From NCBI GenBank assembly GCA_963833095.1, contig CAWHWQ010000005.1, positions 512,001 to 576,000 of the forward strand: DNA of 64,000 bases. The letters run 5' to 3'. A model generated the notes under the pieces. The model saw only the letters and a list, made by a program, of their open reading frames with translations. It ran no database searches and was not told the origin of the DNA. Shown in pieces: positions 51,015 to 59,894 of this stretch. Each line of letters begins with the position of its first letter. Positions within the stretch are counted from its first letter, which is position 1. Position numbers and translations under genes: made by a program. The stretch comes from Vulcanimicrobiota bacterium (GTDB lineage Bacteria > Vulcanimicrobiota > Vulcanimicrobiia > Vulcanimicrobiales > Vulcanimicrobiaceae).

Positions 51015-51470
51015 GTGGAAATGCTAACGCGCGGAGATCACATTCCCGACGTGCCCCTGGTAAATGCAGACGGCGCAATCGTCCTGCTCGGCTCCTTGGT
51101 CGACCGGCCGGTGGTGTTGTTCTTTTATCCTAAGGACAATACGGCGGGATGCACCGTCGAGGTATGCGGCTTTCGTGATGACTACCAGGCTTTCGTGGAG
51201 GCCGGTGCCGACGTCATTGGCGTCAGTTCCGATGATACGCAAAGCCATACGCGCTTTCGCGAACGCCATCATCTGCCGTACCGGCTGATGAGCGACCCCG
51301 GTGGCGTCGCGCGAAAGGCCTTCGGCGTACCCAAGACGCTGGGCATTATTCCCGGGCGCGCGACCTTCGTGATCGATCGGGATGGAACGATTCTCTACGC
51401 ATTCAATTCGCAGTTCGCGCCCGAGAAGCACGTGACCAACGCGCTCGCCGCGTTAAGCGTTCCCACCTGA
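51015..51470 (+). CDS. bcp: Peroxiredoxin, BCP/PrxQ type
   Basis: FFYPKDNTAGCTVEVCGFRD, GRATFVID. Confidence 0.92.
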   Translation: MEMLTRGDHIPDVPLVNADGAIVLLGSLVDRPVVLFFYPKDNTAGCTVEVCGFRDDYQAFVEAGADVIGVSSDDTQSHTRFRERHHLPYRLMSDPGGVARKAFGVPKTLGIIPGRATFVIDRDGTILYAFNSQFAPEKHVTNALAALSVPT

Positions 51471-52520
51471 TACATCGAAGAGACTGATCTGCTTTGCGTT
51501 GCCCAGGCCGATCGAGGCAACGCGAAGGCCCAGCAATCGCACCGGCGTTCCCGCGAGATTCGCGCGCCGTAAACAATGCACTGCGGCCCGGTAGATGAGT
51601 CGGGCTTCGCGGGTCGGCTCGGCGAGATGGGTCTGACGGCCGAAGACCCGAAAATCGGCGCGCTTGATCTTGATTCCAACCGTTGAGGCACTGCAGTCCT
51701 CGCGTTCGAGCTTCTCGGCTACCTCGAGCGCCAATTCGCGCAACACTTCGACCAGCTTACGCTCGTCGCGAACGTCGTACTCGAACGTCGTTTCCGAGGA
51801 GATCGACTTGGTCTCCCGTTCGGGTTCGATCTTGCGAGTGTCGATGCCGCGCGCGAGGTCTCGTACGCTTGGCCCCCAGGAGCCGAAAATCGTTCGCGCC
51901 GCAGCATCGTCGAGCGCCGCGATCTGACCGATCGTCGTAATCCCGAACGTCTGTAATCGCGCGGCGGTCTTCGGGCCAACGCCCCAGAGACGTCCCGCCG
52001 GCAGCGGTGCAAGAAAGGTTGCTTCATCGCCCGGGGCGATTGCAAGTAATCCGTCGGGCTTGCAACCGTCCGACGCGGTCTTCGCTACCATTTTTCCAGT
52101 CGCAACGCCCGCGCTCACGGTCAGGCCCGTGCGTTCGCGAACCTTCGCGCGAATCGCCGCGGCAAATGCAGCGGCTTCATCCAGCGTCATCTCACCAAGA
52201 TCGACGAATGCCTCGTCCATCGAAAGCCCCTCAACCGCGTGACCGTCGGAGCCAAAGATCGCAAAGACCTCGCGCGAGATCGCTTTGTAGCGCTGCATGT
52301 CGGGTGGAACAACGATTAACTGCGGGCACAGCTCGAGCGCGCGGTAGAGTGGGATAGCCGAACGCACGCCGAAGGGGCGCGCTTCGTAGGACGCGGTAAG
52401 CACTACCGCGCGGCGATGGCGCCCGGCTACGGCAACGGGCTTACCGCGCAAGCTCGGATCATCGCGAACCGCAACGCTTGCGTAGAACGCGTCGATATCA
52501 AAGTGCGCGACGAACGCCAC
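51453..52520 (-). CDS. dinB: DNA polymerase IV
   Basis: HFDIDAFYASV, TASYEAR, LSMDEAF, AKTASD..KPDG, LWGVGPKT. Confidence 0.95.
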   Translation of the reverse strand: MAFVAHFDIDAFYASVAVRDDPSLRGKPVAVAGRHRRAVVLTASYEARPFGVRSAIPLYRALELCPQLIVVPPDMQRYKAISREVFAIFGSDGHAVEGLSMDEAFVDLGEMTLDEAAAFAAAIRAKVRERTGLTVSAGVATGKMVAKTASDGCKPDGLLAIAPGDEATFLAPLPAGRLWGVGPKTAARLQTFGITTIGQIAALDDAAARTIFGSWGPSVRDLARGIDTRKIEPERETKSISSETTFEYDVRDERKLVEVLRELALEVAEKLEREDCSASTVGIKIKRADFRVFGRQTHLAEPTREARLIYRAAVHCLRRANLAGTPVRLLGLRVASIGLGNAKQISLFDVSGGNA

Positions 52521-53349
52521 GTTCGATGGCCCGGATCGTTTGCATGTTCTTAAGGTCGTCTTCGAACTCGCCGGGCGTTTCGAGTATCGCCATTTTGTCG
52601 CGAACGGAACCGTGCGCGAGCAGCGCTCGGAATCCATCGAAACCGACGAAGCCTTCCCCGATGTGATAGTGGCGATCGCGGCTTCCGCCGAGCGGCACCT
52701 GTGTGTCGTTAAAGTGAAACATCGGGATGCGGTCGAGCCCGATCTGCTCGTCGGCTTCGGTGAGAAAGCGATCGACGCCGTGCTGCGAGTTTATCTCGTA
52801 ACCGGCAGCCCACGCGTGCGCCGTATCCAGACAGACGCCGAGCTGCGGGTGATCGAGAGCTTTGATGAACCGTCCGAGCTCTTCGAGTGTGCCGCCGGCC
52901 AAATTCCCTGCACCCGCCGAGTTTTCCATGACCAGCGTAACACCGGGCGCTATGCTACCGAGCGCGTCGTCGAGCGCCGCGACGATGGCGGTGAAGCCCT
53001 CAGCGCGATCGCGTGTTCCATATGAACCCAGATGCGTGTTGACGTAGTCGATCTTGCCCGCTGCGGCGACCGCGAGATCGCCGTGCAGCAGCCCGAGCGA
53101 CTTGCTCACGATCGTGGGGTCGTCGCTTCCAAGATTGATCAAGTAGGCGGTATGGATGGCGCAGCGCTCAATCCCCGCTTCGCCGCGCATCTTTGCAAAC
53201 GCCGCGAGCGCCGGCGGATCAAGCTTCGCCACGCGATAGCTGCGCGCGTTGCTCGAGAAAATCTGTACGGCAGTGCAGCCGAGTGACTTGGCATAGGCAA
53301 CGGCTTTTGGGTAGCCGCCGGAAACGCGGACGTGGACGCCGAGATACAT
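52498..53349 (-). CDS. nfo: Endonuclease IV
   Basis: HTAYLINL, HLGS, ENSAG, DTAH, HFND, DRH, ETP. Confidence 0.93.
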   Translation of the reverse strand: MYLGVHVRVSGGYPKAVAYAKSLGCTAVQIFSSNARSYRVAKLDPPALAAFAKMRGEAGIERCAIHTAYLINLGSDDPTIVSKSLGLLHGDLAVAAAGKIDYVNTHLGSYGTRDRAEGFTAIVAALDDALGSIAPGVTLVMENSAGAGNLAGGTLEELGRFIKALDHPQLGVCLDTAHAWAAGYEINSQHGVDRFLTEADEQIGLDRIPMFHFNDTQVPLGGSRDRHYHIGEGFVGFDGFRALLAHGSVRDKMAILETPGEFEDDLKNMQTIRAIERGVRRAL

Positions 53350-53353
53350 GCGT

Positions 53354-54085
53354 CTAGATTTTTGCGAGGTAGAGAAAGTGCGTGTACGAGAGCGGCAAAA
53401 TAGGGTCGCCTTCACCGAAGGTTTCGCGAAGACGAGCTTCGAGGCGCTCGAAATACTCGGGCGCGCTCGTCCCGAACTCGTCACGCACTATCTTGCGCGA
53501 GCGCTCGTATTGCAAAAATTTTCCGAGCGTTACAATCGTACTCCACGGAATGACGCGGACGGCCGTCTCGGAAAAGCCGGCGGAATAAAAATCGCGAAAC
53601 CCGCCGCGCCACGAGCTCGAGAGCGGCGCAATGCCCATGTCACGCGCGATTGAATCTCGCAGTTGTTTGACGGGGTCGTCGCTCATCAGACTTTTCCACC
53701 AAATTGCAATGAGCCCACGCGGCTTGAGCACGCGCTTGATCTCGGCGATACCGGCTCGCGGATCAGCGTGATGAAAGGCCTGCGCGCTGATCACCGCATC
53801 AAACGACCCCGCCTCAAGCGGCAGCACTTCCGCGGTCCCGCGAACCCACTTCGCCTCGGGATAGCGGTCTCTCGCGACGGCAAGCATCGGTTCGGAAGGG
53901 TCGACACCGGTGACGTTATAGCCGTTTTCGATCAGCGGGGCGCTGGCAAGTCCCGTACCGCAACCGATATCCACGATCGCGTGCTTGGGCAGAAGTCCAA
54001 AGGCGACCAGATTGTTGTAAACATCGTTCGAATATCCTAGCCGCCCGGCCTCATATTCCGTGACGAGCGCGTCAAACGAAGTCAC
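53354..54085 (-). CDS. Class I SAM-dependent methyltransferase
   Basis: VDIGCGTG, GVDPS..ML, AQAFH, VLKPRG. Confidence 0.9.
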   Translation of the reverse strand: MTSFDALVTEYEAGRLGYSNDVYNNLVAFGLLPKHAIVDIGCGTGLASAPLIENGYNVTGVDPSEPMLAVARDRYPEAKWVRGTAEVLPLEAGSFDAVISAQAFHHADPRAGIAEIKRVLKPRGLIAIWWKSLMSDDPVKQLRDSIARDMGIAPLSSSWRGGFRDFYSAGFSETAVRVIPWSTIVTLGKFLQYERSRKIVRDEFGTSAPEYFERLEARLRETFGEGDPILPLSYTHFLYLAKI

Positions 54086-54732
54086 GTAGGCTCCTGGGGC
54101 ACCGGTTCCGTCGACGACTCCGGCGTCGTCGGAGGAAGGATCAAGTTCAGCTCCAGGGGTTGACCTGGCTCGAGTTCGAGCTGGGGCAAATCGTCAAGCG
54201 AACGTAGCCCAAAGGATTCGAGGAAGAGCGGTGTCGTCTTGTAGGTCATCGGCCGCCCAACAACATCCTTGCGGCCCGCTTCGGCAATCAAACTGCGATC
54301 GAGCAACGTGCTGACCACGCTATCCGAGTTGACCCCGCGGATTGCCTCGATCTCGCCTTTGGTCACCGGCTGCATATGGGCAACGATTGCCAGCGCCTCG
54401 AGCGCCGGCGTGGAGAGTGTGGTTTTGGGAGGTAAGAGATAGGCTTCAACGACCTCGCGAACTGCCGAGGACGTCGCGAACCGATAGCCGCCGGCAATTT
54501 GGCGCAGCACAATACCGCCTTGACTGTAGCGATCTTCGAGCGTTTGCAACGCGAGCGCGACCGCACGCTCGTCTCCGCCGGTTAGTTTAGCAATGCGTTT
54601 GGGATCGAGAGCTTCACTTGCAACAAAGAGCAACGCCTCGATCGCCGCCTGCACGCCCTCGGCAGCTGCATGTAGCTCCTGCGCCTCGGCGCTGAGGGTT
54701 TGCTGCGAATCGGTCAACTCTTGTGTGTCCAC
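54082..54732 (-). CDS. scpB: SMC-Scp subunit ScpB
   Basis: IEALLF, LEALAIVAHMQPVT..EIEAIRGV, GRP..Y.TT. Confidence 0.95.
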   Translation of the reverse strand: MDTQELTDSQQTLSAEAQELHAAAEGVQAAIEALLFVASEALDPKRIAKLTGGDERAVALALQTLEDRYSQGGIVLRQIAGGYRFATSSAVREVVEAYLLPPKTTLSTPALEALAIVAHMQPVTKGEIEAIRGVNSDSVVSTLLDRSLIAEAGRKDVVGRPMTYKTTPLFLESFGLRSLDDLPQLELEPGQPLELNLILPPTTPESSTEPVPQEPT

Positions 54733-54745
54733 GGTTTAAGGAAGC

Positions 54746-55489
54746 CTACCCTTGTGCAATTGAATGTGAAATAGGAAGAAGCTGGATATCATCGTCGATG
54801 TCCGCCTGTTCGAACTCGATGCGATGACGGCGCACGAGCTCTAAAATCGCAAGAAACGTGACAATGATGACCTCGCGTGTCATGCCTAGCTCGCGGCAAA
54901 GCGCGAAGAACGACACCGTCCCTTGCTCTTTGATCTTACGTGAAATGTAGTCCATCTGGGCAAGTAGCGAAACGCGTTCCCGTACCACTTCGCGCTTCTC
55001 GGGCCGCGCCTGCTGCAGCATGATGATGAAGGCGCGCTTGAGCTTCTCGGGATCGATGCGATAATGCTGCACCAGTTCGCTGGTCGGATCGCCCGAGTCG
55101 CGATAGTAGAAGCCGCTGGCTTCGTCTTGGCGGGCGCGCAATTGCACGCCGAGCTCGCGGTAGCGCGAATAGGCGATGAGCCGCCGCCGCAGACGCTCCT
55201 CGACCTGCTCGGCAGACTCTTCGCTCTCATCGATAAACTCTTGCGGAATGGGCGGCAAAAGCGCTTTTGACTTGAGGAAAACCAGCGTAGCGGCGATGAC
55301 CAAATACTCAGCCGCGACCTCCATGTCGAGATCTTCCATGACGCGCACGTAGGCCAAATATTGTTCGGCTACCGAGGCGAGCGGCACGGTCGAGATGTCG
55401 AGTTGCTGCTCTTTGATAAGGCTCAAGAGCAAGTCGAGCGGCCCGTCGAAAACGTCGAGCCGAACGTGGAGGGCGTCAGTGTCGTTCAA
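54746..55489 (-). CDS. scpA: SMC-Scp subunit ScpA
   Basis: FDGPLDLLL, AAEYLVIAATL..LKS, TFLAILEL. Confidence 0.95.
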   Translation of the reverse strand: MNDTDALHVRLDVFDGPLDLLLSLIKEQQLDISTVPLASVAEQYLAYVRVMEDLDMEVAAEYLVIAATLVFLKSKALLPPIPQEFIDESEESAEQVEERLRRRLIAYSRYRELGVQLRARQDEASGFYYRDSGDPTSELVQHYRIDPEKLKRAFIIMLQQARPEKREVVRERVSLLAQMDYISRKIKEQGTVSFFALCRELGMTREVIIVTFLAILELVRRHRIEFEQADIDDDIQLLPISHSIAQG

Positions 55490-55959
55490 GAGCTCTGCGG
55501 TTCAGCCAGGGCGACAGCGATTTCGGGAAAGATAGCCGGATTTGCGGCTACGTACTCGAGGGCCATGTCGACCAGGCGTTTCTCATTGACGTATTTGAGC
55601 GCTTTGCGCGCGGCCCGCACCTCGAACCAGCGGGCTTCGTCGACCTCATGATCGTGGTTGGCCGTGTCTCCGGAAAGGTAACGCATCAAATAGAACGTCA
55701 CGCTTTTCTTGTGCTTCGCCTTCCCGACGTAGAACCAGTATGAGATCTCAGAGAGGCGCGTGAGGATCTCTCCCCAACATCCCGTCTCCTCACGAACTTC
55801 GCGCAGTCCCGCTTGCTCGTTCGACTCACGCGCTTCGACGTGCCCCTTGGGCAGCGTCCAAATGCGAGGCGACCCGCGCCCGATCAAGAGCGCGTCGAAT
55901 CCGGACTCGTGCGGCCGTAGAACTAAGCCGCCGGCCGACACTTCATACTTGATTCGCAT
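55486..55959 (-). CDS. NUDIX hydrolase
   Basis: SAGG, LPKGHVE, REVREETG Nudix box. Confidence 0.92.
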   Translation of the reverse strand: MRIKYEVSAGGLVLRPHESGFDALLIGRGSPRIWTLPKGHVEARESNEQAGLREVREETGCWGEILTRLSEISYWFYVGKAKHKKSVTFYLMRYLSGDTANHDHEVDEARWFEVRAARKALKYVNEKRLVDMALEYVAANPAIFPEIAVALAEPQSS

Positions 55960-56020
55960 GTCGATAGACCCGTAGCGGGAGACAGGTAAGGGGGCTCTGT
56001 CGCGCCCCCTGATTACCCCC

Positions 56021-56026
56021 ATTATA
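56021..56026 (-). promoter_or_regulatory. Candidate -10 box for the NUDIX-scpAB-nfo-dinB operon
   Basis: Perfect TATAAT on the minus strand about 60 bp upstream of the NUDIX start. Confidence 0.5.
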
Positions 56027-56097
56027 GCTTTTGGGCCCAAGAAGCGCCTGCCACAAGGAGCGCCCTCTTTTCCCCCTCGAAGGATCGCTCGCTTGCT

Positions 56098-57231
56098 TTA
56101 TTTCAAGGCGGTGACATTTGCCGTCTCCGACAGGACGGTCACCGCGGCGTGCGCTTTGTCGTAGCCCAGCGCATAGGCATAGATATCGACCACGCGCGTT
56201 GTGCCGGCCCCAGGAATTCCGCGTAACAGGACGTGGTTCGAGTGTCTTGGGAGGGTCACGGCTCCGATGAATGTTTGACCGGCGCGTGCTACGAGTGTGA
56301 CCGCCGAGGCGCCGGGAGTGAGGACGTCCACGCGAATCGGGTGTCCGCCGTAAACGGTAGACGGTACGCGCAAGCCAAGGTCGCGCACGACGGCCGCCGC
56401 CTCCGGCGCGTCGGCGATCTCGGACGCGGTCGGGTGATCGTGATGGAAAACGTAGTAGAACACCCCACGATGCCGCGGTGTTGGCGTTGGCTGCGGGTCG
56501 GGCGCGTCGCTCGAGAGATCGGCTACGATCATCGTCGAGGCTTGCTTGTGCGTGCGCGCGATCGCGTGCGTACTTGCACGATTGCGATGCTGCGCCGTTT
56601 GCTGCACGGATGCGACGGCGACGCCATGAAGCGCGATGGTGTTTGTCTCGTCGATGCGCGTCGAAAGGCCTACGGTAAGCCGATCGTAGAGCGCCATCAC
56701 ATTGCGGACGTACGCTTGCGTTTCGCTGTATGGCGGAATGCCGCCAAAACGCTCAACTGCGCCCGGGCCCGCATTATATCCCGCGAGGGCGAGTCGATAG
56801 CGTTGCATTTGCGGATACGCGGCATAACGATCGAGCAGGCCACGCAAATACCGCGCGGTTCCATTCAAATTGTCGTGCGCCGAGAATGCGTCAACGCCGA
56901 GTCCGGCGGCCGTCCCCGGCATCAGCTGCCCAAGACCACGAGCGCCAACCGGCGAAACTGCGTACGGATGCCACGACGACTCCGTCGCAACAAGGGCAAC
57001 GAGCAAGCGTGGATCCAATCGGTAAAAGAGCGATTCGACGCGCACACGATCGGCAAGCTCGCGGCTCTGCGACGCTGAAAGATTGGGATTAAACGTGCTA
57101 AGGACGCGCGCGTATTCTGCGAGGCGGGAACTCGTTATCGTGGTTGAAGCAGCCGACGCAGGCGACGCCGCTGTGCTGAGCAGAACAGCCAGCGCGCCGG
57201 CGACAATATGCCGCGGGCGAGCAACTCCCAT
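56098..57231 (-). CDS. Secreted lytic transglycosylase (SLT domain) with C-terminal extension
   Basis: Signal peptide, ATESS, GLGQLMPGT, AGYNAGPG, ETQAYV. Confidence 0.92.
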   Translation of the reverse strand: MGVARPRHIVAGALAVLLSTAASPASAASTTITSSRLAEYARVLSTFNPNLSASQSRELADRVRVESLFYRLDPRLLVALVATESSWHPYAVSPVGARGLGQLMPGTAAGLGVDAFSAHDNLNGTARYLRGLLDRYAAYPQMQRYRLALAGYNAGPGAVERFGGIPPYSETQAYVRNVMALYDRLTVGLSTRIDETNTIALHGVAVASVQQTAQHRNRASTHAIARTHKQASTMIVADLSSDAPDPQPTPTPRHRGVFYYVFHHDHPTASEIADAPEAAAVVRDLGLRVPSTVYGGHPIRVDVLTPGASAVTLVARAGQTFIGAVTLPRHSNHVLLRGIPGAGTTRVVDIYAYALGYDKAHAAVTVLSETANVTALK

Positions 57232-57298
57232 GCGTAGCTAATCGGTTGCGTGCTTTGAAAATTCTAGAGCGAGAAGATGTTCGCTCGGCAGCTCGCTT

Positions 57299-57976
57299 TC
57301 AACGCGCCGAGGGGCACGTCCGTCGCAGCAAGCAGGCTCCGCAAAGCGGGTTGGTTCGTTTGCACAGCTCCCGGCCGTGGGCTCGCAGAACGGCATAGGC
57401 GTCGACCGCCAAGGGGCCTATAATCGCCGCCTGGGTTAGAGCGGCGACGCCCGCGCGATAGGCCGCCGCATAAGGCTGGCCGCCCTGCACGACGTGGAGG
57501 CGTTCGAGCACCCGCAGTCCGTTGGAATCCAGCGCCGGCGCCTCCGAGAACCCGCAAAGCAGTAGCACCTTGTCGGCGCCAGGGTCAGCGATCCCCGGAA
57601 ATCGTTTGAGCAGGGTTCGTCGCGGCTTTTCCGCGAGCGCGGCCAGAGCCCCGGCCAGGTTGCCGCCGGCGTATGCCGCGGTATGCTCCGCGCAGGCGAG
57701 CACCTTGGCGGCTCGATGGGACGGCTGCATCCCGCCATCGCGAATCGCCGCCTCGATCTTTTTTGCTCCCGCACCGATCAATGTTGCGGGCGTGATGCCT
57801 ACGGCCGTTCGCAGGCGCTCGAAGGTTTGGGCGCGCCGCTGGTCATCCACGAGATACGCGCAGTTCTCCCAGACGATCAGTTCAAACGGCTCGGTCGGCT
57901 CGGGCAATTCGACGGTGCCATACTGCGTGCGCAGGGCGTCGATGATCGCTCCCGGTTGACCGGGGACGGGCTTCAT
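57299..57976 (-). CDS. HhH-GPD/endonuclease III-like glycosylase
   Basis: PFELIVW, FPGIADPGA, ALDSN, C-terminal CKRTNPLCGACLLRRTC Fe-S motif; start inferred at MKPVP. Confidence 0.75.
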   Translation of the reverse strand: MKPVPGQPGAIIDALRTQYGTVELPEPTEPFELIVWENCAYLVDDQRRAQTFERLRTAVGITPATLIGAGAKKIEAAIRDGGMQPSHRAAKVLACAEHTAAYAGGNLAGALAALAEKPRRTLLKRFPGIADPGADKVLLLCGFSEAPALDSNGLRVLERLHVVQGGQPYAAAYRAGVAALTQAAIIGPLAVDAYAVLRAHGRELCKRTNPLCGACLLRRTCPSAR

Positions 57977-57991
57977 GCTATCGTCGGGTCC

Positions 57992-58075
57992 ATGTCCAAT
58001 CTGCACATTATGTGTCACATGTGCCCCGTCCCGGCGCCCGATCGGCGTAGGTTGGCTTCTCGCATCTCGAAATAG
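57992..58075 (+). CDS. Putative leaderless leader peptide MSNLHIMCHMCPVPAPDRRRLASRISK
   Basis: TG-C-TATCGT (57976-57984) ends 7 nt before the ATG; MCHMC cluster; overlaps the antiterminator. Confidence 0.6.
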   Translation: MSNLHIMCHMCPVPAPDRRRLASRISK

Positions 58076-58135
58076 CGCGACACGAATTTCGATGAACGAA
58101 GCCCTCCGCCGATCCGGCGGAGGGCTTCTTGCTTT
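58040..58135 (+). promoter_or_regulatory. Terminator/antiterminator attenuator upstream of ssuA
   Basis: Terminator GAAGCCCTCCGCCG-ATC-CGGCGGAGGGCTTC-TTGCTTT (58098-58135); 58040-58059 is complementary to its 5' arm. Confidence 0.75.
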
Positions 58136-58159
58136 CCCATCTCACCAGGAGGCACGCCA

Positions 58160-59149
58160 ATGTATCCCACCCGACGCGAGGCAATCGGCCTTGCTACCGC
58201 CGCACTCGCCACCCTCGCCCTTCCGGGGCGCGTGCGCGCAGCGGATAAACTCGACGCAATCACCGTCGACTACGCCTACTACAATCCGGTCAGCCTGATC
58301 CTCAAGCAAAATGGCTGGCTCGAACGCGCACTGGCAGCTAACGGCACCACGGTATCGTGGGTGCTCTCCCTCGGCTCGAATAAGGCCAATCAATTTCTTG
58401 CTTCGGGTTCGGCGCAATTTGCGTCAACGGCGGGAAGCGCAGCGCTGCTTGCGCGCGCCAACGGCGTCCCGCTGCACACTGTCTTTCTCTATTCCCAACC
58501 CGAGTGGACGGCGATCGTCGTCGGCAAGGACTCGAAGCTCTCGAACCTGCGCGACCTCAGAGGCAAGAAGATCGCCGCGACCCGCGGCACCGATCCATGG
58601 TTTTTCTTGCTGCGCTCGCTCGCATCGGTCGGCCTTACCTCGAACGACGTGCAGATCGTTGAACTCCAGCATCCCGACGGACGCGTTGCACTCGAGCGCG
58701 GGCAAGTCGATGCGTGGGCCGGGCTCGATCCGCACATGGCCGCATCGCAACTCGACGCCGGGTCGCGGCTCCTCTATCGCAACATCGCCTGGAACACCTA
58801 CGGTGCGCTCAACGTGCGCGAAGATTTTCTGGCGGCACATCCAGACGTCGTGCGCATCGTGCTGCGCGCCTACGAGCTCGGGCACACATATGCCAAAGCG
58901 CACCCGGCGGAGACCGCGAAGATTCTTGCCGACGCTTCAAACCTTGATCTCAAGGTCGCAAATCTCGTCATCGACGACCGTACGCGGTTCCCGGATCCGG
59001 TTCCGGGAAAAGCCTACATCGACTCCGTTGGCGGGACGATTCCCGTGATTCGCTCCGAGCAACTCGTCGCCGACGTCGGTTCGGTGCAAACCGCGCTCGG
59101 TTCGCTCGCCGATCCTGCGCCTGCGCGCGTCGCACTGGCGCATGCGTAA
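58160..59149 (+). CDS. ssuA: Aliphatic sulfonate ABC transporter substrate-binding protein
   Basis: Tat-like TRREAI signal, DYAYYNP, SLGSNKA, GKKIAATRGTDP, DAWAGLDP. Confidence 0.88.
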   Translation: MYPTRREAIGLATAALATLALPGRVRAADKLDAITVDYAYYNPVSLILKQNGWLERALAANGTTVSWVLSLGSNKANQFLASGSAQFASTAGSAALLARANGVPLHTVFLYSQPEWTAIVVGKDSKLSNLRDLRGKKIAATRGTDPWFFLLRSLASVGLTSNDVQIVELQHPDGRVALERGQVDAWAGLDPHMAASQLDAGSRLLYRNIAWNTYGALNVREDFLAAHPDVVRIVLRAYELGHTYAKAHPAETAKILADASNLDLKVANLVIDDRTRFPDPVPGKAYIDSVGGTIPVIRSEQLVADVGSVQTALGSLADPAPARVALAHA

Positions 59150-59894
59150 AGCACTCCTCGCCTGGCTCGTTCCGGCGGCGATTCTTCTCCTCTGGATCGT
59201 CGCCGGTCACGCGCACTGGTTTGCTCCCGATCAGCTCGCGCCGCCCTCGCGCGTTTTGGCCGAACTCGGATCGCTGTGGCAACGTGGGCTGCTGCAGCAA
59301 GACATTCTCGCTAGCGCAGCACGCGTGTTCGCGGGATTCGCAATCGCGCTCGCGCTTGCGGTGGTGCTTGGGACGCTCGTTGGCTTGAATCGCACGGTCG
59401 AACGGGCGATCGATCCCACGTTACAAGCGATTCGCGCGGTGCCGTCGCTTGCGTGGGTACCACTGCTGTTGCTCTGGCTTGGCATCGGTGAATCGGCCAA
59501 GATTACGCTGATCGCGATCGGCGCCTTCTTTCCGATCTACGTGAATTTGGTGGCCGGCATTCACGGAGTGGATCGCAAACTGGTCGAGGTCGCACGCATT
59601 CTCGGACTGCATCCATTCAGCGTCGCCGTACGCGTCGTTTTGCCGGCCGCGTTTCCGTCATTGCTCGTTGGAGCGCGCATCGGTCTCACGCAGGCATGGC
59701 TCTTCCTCGTTGCCGCGGAATTGCTCGCATCGACGCGCGGACTTGGCTTCTTGCTCACCGAGGGACAACAAATTTCGCGGCCCGACGAAATTCTCGTGGC
59801 GATTCTGTTGCTCGCTATCGCAGGCAAGCTGTGTGAGTCCGGTATGCTTGCGATCGAGCGGCGCACGACTGCCTGGACGGACGGGCTGCGATGA
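59142..59894 (+). CDS. ssuC: Sulfonate ABC transporter permease
   Basis: VPSLAWVPL, FFPIY, LVEVARILG, LVAAEL. Confidence 0.85.
   Translation: MRKALLAWLVPAAILLLWIVAGHAHWFAPDQLAPPSRVLAELGSLWQRGLLQQDILASAARVFAGFAIALALAVVLGTLVGLNRTVERAIDPTLQAIRAVPSLAWVPLLLLWLGIGESAKITLIAIGAFFPIYVNLVAGIHGVDRKLVEVARILGLHPFSVAVRVVLPAAFPSLLVGARIGLTQAWLFLVAAELLASTRGLGFLLTEGQQISRPDEILVAILLLAIAGKLCESGMLAIERRTTAWTDGLR

Noticed and set aside
57980..58150. SAM riboswitch upstream of ssuA
   Set aside because: No SAM-I, II or IV consensus recognised; a leader-peptide attenuator fits better
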